The notes below the pieces were generated by a model. It was not told the origin of the DNA, did not search any database, and saw nothing but the letters and a program-made list of their open reading frames with translations. The position numbers and the translations under genes are program-made. Shown piece by piece: positions 1 to 7,440 of a stretch of DNA of 12,517 nucleotides. Position 1 is the stretch's first letter. Every line of letters starts with the position of its first letter. Source of the stretch: Candidatus Sericytochromatia bacterium (GTDB lineage Bacteria > Cyanobacteriota > Sericytochromatia > S15B-MN24 > JAQBPE01); assembly GCA_040400605.1 (NCBI GenBank), contig JBBAPZ010000039.1:1-12517 (forward strand), read 5' to 3'.

Positions 1-10
1 GCGCCCAACT

Positions 11-457
11 TCAGTCATGAGAGGCCCTGTAAGAATCTGCTGAAAGCGGACGTTGATGGTTTAGACAGGCATGGATTAGTTTTCGCAGGCAGGTAGACGA
101 GCGGCTTTCCCGCCACCTGTCGCGAGCAGTAACCACGGTATCCATTATGCCGGGCATTGAGATTTGGGCGCCCGACCGGACAGACATCGACAGTGGCCGT
201 TCTGCATCGCCAAACCCAGTGCCCAAAAGCACTTCGAGGTCCCGTAGCGCTTCTATCATTTCGATCGAAAGTATGTTGCGAAAAGCAGACGAGAAGAACA
301 AATGGCAGGCTTCGGTTGAGATGATGAAGCTGGGCAGAACCGGTAACCCGGCTGCGGCCATCTCGGCCAGATGGGCTCCTTTTCCGCCCACCAAACGGGC
401 ACAATTTTCTCCTCCGCTTCCGCCCGAAAGGCCGAAGCGCTAAACCCAATCCGTCAT
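11..457 (-). pseudogene. ppdK: Pyruvate,phosphate dikinase N-terminal remnant (nonsense mutation plus truncation)
   Basis: From ATG at 457 the frame reads MTDWV*RFGLSGGSGGENCARLVGGKGAHLAEM..GLPVLPSFIISTEAC..FGDAERPLSMSVRSGAQISMPGIMDTV. This matches the PPDK N-terminus (MTKWVYxFG..LLGGKGANLAEM..GLPVPPGFTITTE..FGD..PLLVSVRSGA..SMPGMMDTV). TAG at 440-442 replaces the Tyr codon. Similarity is lost after MDTV (~135) and the frame stops at 11-13, whereas PPDK is nearly 900 aa. AGGA SD overlaps the nagA stop. Confidence 0.9.
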
Positions 458-468
458 GTGATGTAATC

Positions 469-1644
469 CTATTGGTTTGTCATGCTATCTGCACGGTCCC
501 AGACGGGCTGGCCTTTGATCCAGGTACGCATTACAAGCGCATCGTCCGATAGCTCGACCAAGTCCGCAGCCAATCCAACTTGAAGCGAGCCGGTCTTGCT
601 TTCTAAACCTAGCATTCGCGCAGGGTTTGCGCTTGCCAACCGAATTGCTTCAGTCAAACTTATGCCAAGCAGTTTTGTAGCGTTTGCAACCGCCCTGCCC
701 ATGTCAAGATCCGAACCGGCAAGCGTGCCGTCAGGATTTTGGCAAACGCCGTCGCGTACCGATATCCGATCGCCGTTCAAGAGAAACGTCTTGTCTTGGT
801 GACCGACCGTGGGCATCGCATCAGTCACCAACACGAAGTGATCAAGGCCGCCCTTGGCCTGTATAGCCAGACGCAATGTTTCGGGATGAACGTGGACGCC
901 ATCCACGATTATGCAGCACCAGCACTCCGGGTTGCCCAACGCAGCCCCCACTAAGCCCGGCTCCCGGCCTTTCAACTGAGACATGGCATTAAACAGGTGC
1001 GTAACGCCGACGATACCGTCGGCGAACGCCGACTGCATTTCGGACCATGTTGCATCCGAATGGCCTGCAAACAGCTTAACGCCGGCTTCTGTCAACATGT
1101 TCAATTGAGCGCTGCTCATGCATTCCGGTGCTACGGTCATGGCGACAAGTTTAGGCCGCCCCTCAATCACTGCGCTCATTCCGCCATCATCCATTTGACG
1201 GATTTTCTCGGAGTCGTGAATGCCTTTTCTGTCCACATTGAGAAACGGTCCTTCGACGTGGATCCCGATTACGCCGGGAACACCAAGTCGTATTGCTTCG
1301 TTTACTGCACGATAGCCTTGGCTAATCGTCTCAAGGTCGTCGCTAATAAGCGTCGGTAAAAAGGCTGTAGTGCCGAAACTGGCGTGGACCTGCGCCATTC
1401 GGCGGATTGTTTCTAGAGTCGGCGCGTCGTTAAACAGTACTCCGCCGCCGCCATTAACCTGCGTGTCGATGAATCCTGCGGCAAGAAGATTGCCGTTTAG
1501 ATTTATTGTCTCACACCCCGCTGGCAATCCAGCTCGTTCGCAAATGTTGGTGATCTGACCATTGGACGCGACGAGAATACGGTCACCAACGATCGAACCA
1601 TCGGGCAGTGCAATGCGGCCATTTATCCAAGCAAATTCGTTCAC
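469..1644 (-). CDS. nagA: N-acetylglucosamine-6-phosphate deacetylase
   Basis: 391 aa amidohydrolase with NagA motifs GFIDTQVNG, FLPTLIS, GIHVEGPFL, TVAPE, AGHSDAT, THLFNAM, IVDGVHVHP, LVTDAM, LAGS, NPARMLGL. GTG start overlaps the upstream stop (GTGA, 1641-1644). Confidence 0.96.
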   Translation of the reverse strand: MNEFAWINGRIALPDGSIVGDRILVASNGQITNICERAGLPAGCETINLNGNLLAAGFIDTQVNGGGGVLFNDAPTLETIRRMAQVHASFGTTAFLPTLISDDLETISQGYRAVNEAIRLGVPGVIGIHVEGPFLNVDRKGIHDSEKIRQMDDGGMSAVIEGRPKLVAMTVAPECMSSAQLNMLTEAGVKLFAGHSDATWSEMQSAFADGIVGVTHLFNAMSQLKGREPGLVGAALGNPECWCCIIVDGVHVHPETLRLAIQAKGGLDHFVLVTDAMPTVGHQDKTFLLNGDRISVRDGVCQNPDGTLAGSDLDMGRAVANATKLLGISLTEAIRLASANPARMLGLESKTGSLQVGLAADLVELSDDALVMRTWIKGQPVWDRADSMTNQ

Positions 1645-2675
1645 AGCGTCACCGTTACTTTTTTGAGCAATGGCGGATGATCAGGATCGCACCCTCGCAT
1701 TAAAGCCAGCTCGTTAACTGCCCGGTAGAATGTCTGGATCTGGATAATAGGGGAGAGCAACGCCGATGCACTAACCGTGTCGAGATTCGTTGCACCGGCC
1801 GTTTGTCCACCAACCACAAAGACCTTGCAGCCACTTGCCACCGCAAGAGATGCCAATTCGTCAATGCCACGCGCGCTCGCGTCATCTTGCCGAAAAATCA
1901 GTACAGGGAAGCCCCTGTCGAACAGCGCCATCGGCCCATGCCGGACCTCTGCAGCGCTATAGGACTCTGCGTGGAGTTTGCACGTTTCCTTAAATTTTAA
2001 CGCAGCTTCGCCAGCGGCACTTAAGCCAATTCCACGCCCAATAACATAAAGCCCCCTCGCAGGCATCAGACACTCAAGCAGCGGTAACCATTCAATCGCC
2101 CACGCCTCGTCAAGTTTATCGGGCAAGGCCTGTAGTTCGTCGATAGCGACAAGCCCGGGCTGCAAACAATCAGCAATCTGAAGCGCAGCAAACATGCTGG
2201 CAATAAAGCTTTTTGTTGCTGCGACGCTGCGCTCGCGCCCAGCGTGCAATGGGACGACAATCTCCGCCAAGCCCGCCAAGGGTGATTCACAGTCATTCAA
2301 TAGCGCAACGGTTGTTACGTCCGCTTTGGCGTACCCCTCGACGACCGACAAGAGATCGTCACTGGCCCCAGATTGAGAGATTGCCACACACAGTGAACCC
2401 TCCACGTGCGGCCAATGACCATAAAGTGAGGATACCGAAGGTGCGAGCGATGTGCTGAGCAAACCCAAGCGGGTTTCAAGGATGTACCGAAGATATGTCG
2501 CGGCGTGATCTGAACTGCCGCGAGCACATGTAATGACCGCCGTAGGGGGCTGACGCTTGAACAACGAGCGCATTGAACCAAGAATTTCTTTATTTCTAAC
2601 CATTTGATTGGCTACAGCATCTTTTGCAGATCGGGCCTCGATCTGCATCAGCGTCTGCCTACGTGTGTCGAACAT
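1641..2675 (-). CDS. nagB: Double-SIS-domain glucosamine-6-phosphate deaminase (NagB-II type; GlmS isomerase-like, no glutaminase domain)
   Basis: 344 aa with motifs ARGSSDHAA, ISQSGAS, AGRERSVAATKSF, GRG..EAALKFKET..HAESYSAAEVRHGP and C-terminal DPDHPPLLKKVT. AGGA SD at 2681-2684 (minus strand). Coupled to nagA. Deaminase function is assigned from family and context. Confidence 0.9.
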   Translation of the reverse strand: MFDTRRQTLMQIEARSAKDAVANQMVRNKEILGSMRSLFKRQPPTAVITCARGSSDHAATYLRYILETRLGLLSTSLAPSVSSLYGHWPHVEGSLCVAISQSGASDDLLSVVEGYAKADVTTVALLNDCESPLAGLAEIVVPLHAGRERSVAATKSFIASMFAALQIADCLQPGLVAIDELQALPDKLDEAWAIEWLPLLECLMPARGLYVIGRGIGLSAAGEAALKFKETCKLHAESYSAAEVRHGPMALFDRGFPVLIFRQDDASARGIDELASLAVASGCKVFVVGGQTAGATNLDTVSASALLSPIIQIQTFYRAVNELALMRGCDPDHPPLLKKVTVTL

Positions 2676-2744
2676 AAATATCCTGTTGTTGCGATAGCGC
2701 GATATGTTGATGGAAGGCCATAGAATCTCGCGAACTGCAAAGTT

Positions 2745-2789
2745 ATTGGTTATGCATAAGCCTTGAATTGGTTTTGTAAATGATATATT
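2745..2789. promoter_or_regulatory. Divergent promoter region with candidate NagQ-type operator repeats
   Basis: AT-rich segment with ATTGGTTAT (2745-2753), ATTGGTTTT (2767-2775) and weaker TGATATA (2781-2787). Possible leftward promoter TTTACA(2780-2775)-N16-TATGCA(2758-2753). Possible rightward promoter TTGAAT(2763-2768)-N15-TATATT(2784-2789) with a TG extension. Promoter hexamers are tentative. Confidence 0.55.
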
Positions 2790-2877
2790 TGCTTTTTAGG
2801 TGAGAGTTAGAGGTTGGTTCTGCGTTGATCAAAGAGCAACGCGGGCTGGCGAACATTATTTTTAGGGGGAACACCAG

Positions 2878-5400
2878 TTGAATAATGGCGGAGTTTGGTC
2901 GGCCCTGATTCAGGCACCTTTGACAGGTGTGGTGCGTCCACTCGACACAGTACCAGATGCAGTTTTTGCGACGAGGATTGTTGGCGAAGGTTTTGCGATT
3001 GACCCTCTGGATGAGTTGATTAGGGCTCCATTCGACGGAACCGTTGTAGCTTTCGCAGAAACTCACCACGCGGTGACAGTTCGATCACATGACGGGGTCG
3101 ATATATTGATCCATGTCGGGATCGATACTGTCCGCCTCAACGGTCGAGGATTCAAGCGGTTGGTTGATGTCGGCCAATCGGTTTTGGCAGGTGATGCGCT
3201 GCTTGAACTCGATATCGATCTTCTGGCGGCCGAGGCTACCAGCCTGCTCACCCCGATTATCGTTGTAAGTGACCACCAGATTTTACCGGCCGCCTCTGCT
3301 ATGGGCGGCATAGAAAGCGGCGAAGCGCTCTTCAGGGTCAGTTTGCCGTTTGGCCAACAAACAAAAATTGGCGGCGATGAAATTGTCCGCTCAACTGCGC
3401 ATATTTCAGTACAGCTTCAACTGCCGCATGGGTTGCATGCACGTCCTTCGGCGCGATTGGCCGAATTGGCTCGACAGTTTAAAGGCTCGGTCACCGTTTC
3501 GCTTGGCGAGAAATCGGCAGACGCAACCAGTGTGACTGCGCTGATGGCCTTGGGAAGCAAACTCGGGAGCGAAATTGAGATTCGAGTGGTCGGTGACCAG
3601 TCACGCGAAACTGCCGTTGCTTTAGCCGAACTTCTCGATCGTATGGCCAAAGCCGAGCGTGCAGAATTGCATCAAATTGCCGACACGTCGGGTAATCGGC
3701 ACGTCAGCAATCCACTTACGTTATCTACTGATGCGATACCTGCCGTCATAGCTTCGCCGGGACTAGCAGTAGGAGCCGCCTTTATCCTTGTACAATCAGA
3801 TCTGGAAGTAAGCGAGGCGGGAAAAGGGGTCGAAGCAGAATATAGCCGCTTGGAATTCGCCATTGCTCAAATCGGGGAGCATCTGGCTGCCACCATTACC
3901 TCAGCGCACGGTCCCCACAAAGCTATTACAGAAGCGCATCTGGCGATTGCCGCCGACCGCACAATTCGGGCCGCAGCGGAACGTGCTCTGCTAGCTGGCG
4001 CCAGCGCCGAATACGCCTGGCGTTCTGCTTCGCGGGAGCAGGAGGATTTGCTCGCTTCGCTGGATGACGGGCGCCTGCGGGAACGCGCGATTGATCTGAG
4101 GGATGTAGAGCGCCGCATTCTTCGCCAGCTGGCCGGAGTGGCTGGGGATTGGGACGTTCCAGCTGGTGCCATTTTGATCTGTGACGATATTGAGCCATCG
4201 ACACTGATGGCAATGCCGAAACAGGGGGTAGCGGGGATTTGCACAGCACGCGGTGGGGCGACATCGCACGCAGCAATTCTCGCAGGCGCGCGGTCAATTC
4301 CAATGCTCGTCGCCGCGGGCGAGGGCGTGTTGGCACTGGAAAGCGGGTCTCTTGTTTTGTTGGATGCGCATGCTGGAAATATGGACCCTGCGCCGTCCGC
4401 TGATGCTATTGCCGAGGTGATTAAACGGATTGAGAATGAACGCGAGGAAGCAAATGCTGCCCGCAGCAAAGCCCAAGCGCCCTGCATACTTGAAGATGGC
4501 TCGCGTGTGGAAGTGTTTGCAAATCTTGCGACCATGGACGACGCGCACGAGGCTGTCGCCAATGGTGCGGAAGGTTGCGGCCTGCTCCGCACCGAATTTC
4601 TCTTCGCCGAAGCATCTCAAGCTCCGAGCGAAGCTGAACAGGAGCAGGTATACAAGCAATATGCAGACGTTCTCGAAGGTCGACCGCTTATCATCAGGAC
4701 TATAGACGTGGGTGGCGATAAACCCATCGCCTATCTGCCATTCCCGGAGGAAGCTAATCCGGCTTTGGGGATGAGAGGTATCAGATTTGCGCTATCTGAA
4801 GGCACAATCCTGCGTAGCCAACTTCGCGCGATGCTGAAGGCTGTCCCGGCTGAACAGCTGCGCATCATGCTGCCCATGATCGTCGAAGCCGACGAGATCC
4901 TTGCCGTTAAAGCTCTGGTGACGCGTGAAGCAGCGGACCTTGGAGTTTCCAGCGCTGTACAAATCGGGATCATGGTAGAAACGCCTGCAGCGGCTTTAAG
5001 TTCAGGGCGGCTGGCCATGCATGCTGATTTCCTGTCTGTCGGGACCAACGACCTCAGCCAGTATGTACTCGCCATGGATCGCGGGAATGCCGCGCTTGCA
5101 TCGCGCGTGGACAGCTTTCACCCAGCTGTTTTGCGCGCGATTCAACTGACGGCGGAAGGAGCTGAACGCAACGATCGTTGGCTCGGGATTTGTGGGGGGC
5201 TGGCTTCTGATTTTCGCGCAGCGCCGCTGCTCGTGGGCCTGGGTTGCGACGAACTGTCGTCCGTTCCGGCCGCAATACCAAAGATCAAGCAAACGCTCGG
5301 ACGCTGGTCGCTTTCGCAATGCCGCGATCTGGCTGCAAAGGCACTTGCCCTCGCAAGCGCATCTGAAGTTCGGAAACTAGTTTCAGGAGAAGTGCAATGA
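2878..5400 (+). CDS. nagF: Multiphosphoryl transfer protein EIIA(Glc family)-HPr-Enzyme I of the GlcNAc PTS
   Basis: 840 aa, TTG start with AGGGGG SD at 2864-2869. EIIA motif ILIHVGIDTV (His79), HPr motif GLHARP (His187) and DATSVTALMALG, EI motifs GGATSHAAILA (His464), GLLRTEFLF, RTIDVGGDK, EANPALGMRGIR, MVETP, DFLSVGTNDLSQY, GICG. Gene symbol assigned from architecture plus context. Confidence 0.93.
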   Translation: MNNGGVWSALIQAPLTGVVRPLDTVPDAVFATRIVGEGFAIDPLDELIRAPFDGTVVAFAETHHAVTVRSHDGVDILIHVGIDTVRLNGRGFKRLVDVGQSVLAGDALLELDIDLLAAEATSLLTPIIVVSDHQILPAASAMGGIESGEALFRVSLPFGQQTKIGGDEIVRSTAHISVQLQLPHGLHARPSARLAELARQFKGSVTVSLGEKSADATSVTALMALGSKLGSEIEIRVVGDQSRETAVALAELLDRMAKAERAELHQIADTSGNRHVSNPLTLSTDAIPAVIASPGLAVGAAFILVQSDLEVSEAGKGVEAEYSRLEFAIAQIGEHLAATITSAHGPHKAITEAHLAIAADRTIRAAAERALLAGASAEYAWRSASREQEDLLASLDDGRLRERAIDLRDVERRILRQLAGVAGDWDVPAGAILICDDIEPSTLMAMPKQGVAGICTARGGATSHAAILAGARSIPMLVAAGEGVLALESGSLVLLDAHAGNMDPAPSADAIAEVIKRIENEREEANAARSKAQAPCILEDGSRVEVFANLATMDDAHEAVANGAEGCGLLRTEFLFAEASQAPSEAEQEQVYKQYADVLEGRPLIIRTIDVGGDKPIAYLPFPEEANPALGMRGIRFALSEGTILRSQLRAMLKAVPAEQLRIMLPMIVEADEILAVKALVTREAADLGVSSAVQIGIMVETPAAALSSGRLAMHADFLSVGTNDLSQYVLAMDRGNAALASRVDSFHPAVLRAIQLTAEGAERNDRWLGICGGLASDFRAAPLLVGLGCDELSSVPAAIPKIKQTLGRWSLSQCRDLAAKALALASASEVRKLVSGEVQ

Positions 5401-7109
5401 GCGGCTGGGGTAAATTGCAGGAGCGCCTTCAAGGACTAGGGCGCGCCTTGATGCTGCCTATTGCAGTTTTGCCCGTCGCAGGTTTGCTGTTGCGCCTTGG
5501 TCAACCGGATCTACTCGACATGTCATTCGTCGCAACGGCCGGACAAAGCATCTTTGCGAATCTTGGGCTATTGTTCGCGATTGGGGTTGGTGTGGGACTG
5601 GCCCGCGAAAACAACGGTGCGGCGGGTCTTGCGGGTGCTGTCGCCTATGTGGTCCTGACCGAAGGAGCAAAGGTCTTAATGCAAGTGCCGACAACCGCAC
5701 TGCCACCTGGCGGCCTAGATGTAGCAACGCGCGAGGCCTTGTTGACGTTGTGGAAAGAGAAGGAACTTTCAAAACTAAGCGTCCCTGCTGGAATTATCTG
5801 CGGTCTTGCGGCTGGCAGTCTTTACAATCGGTTTCACGACATTCGGTTTCCTGAATATCTCTCCTTTTTCGGCGGTCGTCGTTTTGTGCCAATCATCAGC
5901 GGAATGTTTGGCCTGGTTGGCGCTGCGGCGTTCGGGTTCGGCTTCCCAGCGCTTGAAGCCGGGGTTGATCAGCTCAGCCTTTGGGTGGCGCAATCAGGCA
6001 GTATAGGGCTGTTTCTGTTCGGCGCGCTGAACCGGATCCTGATCGTTACTGGACTACATCATATCCTAAACAACATAGCATGGTTCGTTGTCGGAGATTA
6101 CCAGGGCGTAACTGGCGATCTCAATCGATTCTTTGCAGGAGACCCGGCGGCGGGCGCGTTCATGACAGGCTTCTTCCCGGTAATGATGTTCGGATTGCCC
6201 GCCGCGTGCTTGGCAATGTGGCAAGCAGCGCGGCCCGATCGCCGCAAAGCCGTTGGCGGTATGCTGCTCTCGATGGCGCTGACATCGTTTTTAACGGGCG
6301 TGACCGAACCGATCGAGTTCACGTTCATGTTTCTAGCGCCTGCGCTCTATGGCCTCCACGCTCTTTTGACCGGTGCCTCTATGGCACTCATGGACGCTTT
6401 AGGAGTCAAGATCGGCTTCGGCTTTTCGGCAGGCTTGTTCGATTATGTCCTCAACTACTCGCAATCGACCAAGCCCTGGATGCTGATTCCAGTAGGTGTT
6501 GCATATGCCGCAGTATACTATGTCACCTTCAGCTATGCGATCCGCTTGCTGAACCTTTCGACGCCCGGGCGTGAACTAGAAGGCCAAGCCCCCGAGGTTC
6601 ATGGGCAAGGCGCAGACAACCCCGCCGCGCTGCCGGCAGCCTATGTTGCCGCACTAGGTGGCGCTGAAAATCTGCTTGAAATCAGCGCCTGTACGACAAG
6701 GTTGCGTCTTATCCTCAAAGACAGAAGCTTAGCGTCGGAAGCCCATATCAAGGGTTTAGGCGCAAAAGCGGTTCTCAATATTGGCGAAAAGGGACTCCAG
6801 GTCGTCATTGGCCCGGAGTCCGACCGCATCGCTTCTGCGATGCGCGCTCTTATCAATTTACAGCGTGCTGAAGATGAGCCACAAGTCGAGCCAGCCAAGT
6901 CTGCGGACAAGGCACCAGCTCTTGATCCGAAGTTGATGCAATGGTTGGGCGGATCAAAAAATATTATCAACATTTCAGGACGCGTTGGACGATTGGTCGT
7001 GGCGGTTGCTGACCCACAGTTGGTTAGCAACGACGTTTTGCAGCTTCCCGTCAGCACGCGTGGTTTCCGTGCGCAGTCGGGAGCATACCATTTTATCGAA
7101 ACCGACTAA
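5397..7109 (+). CDS. nagE: GlcNAc-specific PTS permease EIIC-EIIB with a second, degenerate EIIB domain
   Basis: 570 aa. EIIC motifs LQGLGRALMLPIAVLP, FFGGRRFVPI, TGLHHILN, GDLNRFFAGDP, GFFPVMMFGLP, GVTEPIEFTFMF, linker TPGRE. EIIB motif ALGGAENLLEISACTTRLRL (Cys432, 6690-6692). ATGA overlap with nagF and AGGAG SD at 5385-5389. Confidence 0.95.
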   Translation: MSGWGKLQERLQGLGRALMLPIAVLPVAGLLLRLGQPDLLDMSFVATAGQSIFANLGLLFAIGVGVGLARENNGAAGLAGAVAYVVLTEGAKVLMQVPTTALPPGGLDVATREALLTLWKEKELSKLSVPAGIICGLAAGSLYNRFHDIRFPEYLSFFGGRRFVPIISGMFGLVGAAAFGFGFPALEAGVDQLSLWVAQSGSIGLFLFGALNRILIVTGLHHILNNIAWFVVGDYQGVTGDLNRFFAGDPAAGAFMTGFFPVMMFGLPAACLAMWQAARPDRRKAVGGMLLSMALTSFLTGVTEPIEFTFMFLAPALYGLHALLTGASMALMDALGVKIGFGFSAGLFDYVLNYSQSTKPWMLIPVGVAYAAVYYVTFSYAIRLLNLSTPGRELEGQAPEVHGQGADNPAALPAAYVAALGGAENLLEISACTTRLRLILKDRSLASEAHIKGLGAKAVLNIGEKGLQVVIGPESDRIASAMRALINLQRAEDEPQVEPAKSADKAPALDPKLMQWLGGSKNIINISGRVGRLVVAVADPQLVSNDVLQLPVSTRGFRAQSGAYHFIETD

Positions 7110-7237
7110 GATCCCGACGGCAATTTCGCTTCGCTATCATTTACATGCCTCGCGTTCGGGAGCCGCTTTTGCGAATATACGCATTATGTGCAGAGTTCCG
7201 AGGGCAAACGGCGCATCCGTCGGCAATGATTTTCGAT

Positions 7238-7385
7238 AAATACCAATGTTCACAGATTGGCGGATTAGCCATGTCCCAAGATGTACCTATAATTGAAGCA
7301 TAATAAACCTATGCCGAGCAATTCCAGTCAACAATGTAACAAATTGGTAATATTTAAATCTATATTTTGGTATTGTAATGGTTTT
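7238..7385. promoter_or_regulatory. Promoter/operator region of the TonB-dependent receptor operon (candidate NagQ-type repeats)
   Basis: TGGTAAT (7345-7351), TGGTATT (7368-7374), TGGTTTT (7379-7385), plus an inverted TTGGTATT at 7239-7246. Perfect TATAAT at 7288-7293, 17 nt after a weak TTAGCC. Alternative extended -10 TGgTAATAT at 7345-7353. Confidence 0.6.
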
Positions 7386-7440
7386 ATTTTTAACTTAGCT
7401 CATGGATGACATCGAGTCGTATTCAAATAGGGAGAGCAAA

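Noticed and set aside
11..130. ADSYR near the end of the ppdK frame as continued PPDK homology
   Set aside because: Resembles the PPDK 'DSYRR' motif, but the intervening LNLGLND segment is absent and the spacing differs, so it cannot be distinguished from chance.
1453..1473. NagA metal-site motif QxN instead of HxH
   Set aside because: Known variant (E. coli-type NagA), not a sign of inactivation or novelty.
1641..2675. Calling the SIS protein a truncated glmS pseudogene
   Set aside because: It has its own SD and start, intact motifs and coupling to nagA. Stand-alone double-SIS deaminases are established in nag operons.
2822..2842. Imperfect inverted repeat GCGTTGATC-AAA-GAGCAACGC in the nagF leader
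   Set aside because: A single small hairpin that does not cover the SD and lacks a U-tract. No riboswitch or antiterminator features can be supported.
2743..3069. 108 aa minus-strand ORF across the divergent promoter and nagF start
   Set aside because: Overlaps nagF antisense and the regulatory region, with no recognisable motif.
3867..4592. 241 aa antisense ORF and other shadow ORFs within nagF, nagE, nagA and the TBDR
   Set aside because: They lie within well-supported genes, have low-information Ser/Ala/Arg-rich translations and show no family motifs.
7152..7170. GCGTTCGGGAGCCGC-TTTT as an intrinsic terminator for nagFE
   Set aside because: Only 3 contiguous strong base pairs and a 4-U tract, too weak to call.
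7402..7440. Longer TBDR start at ATG 7402 from the ORF track
   Set aside because: No SD upstream, and it adds an acidic extension before the signal peptide. ATG 7441 has a good SD.
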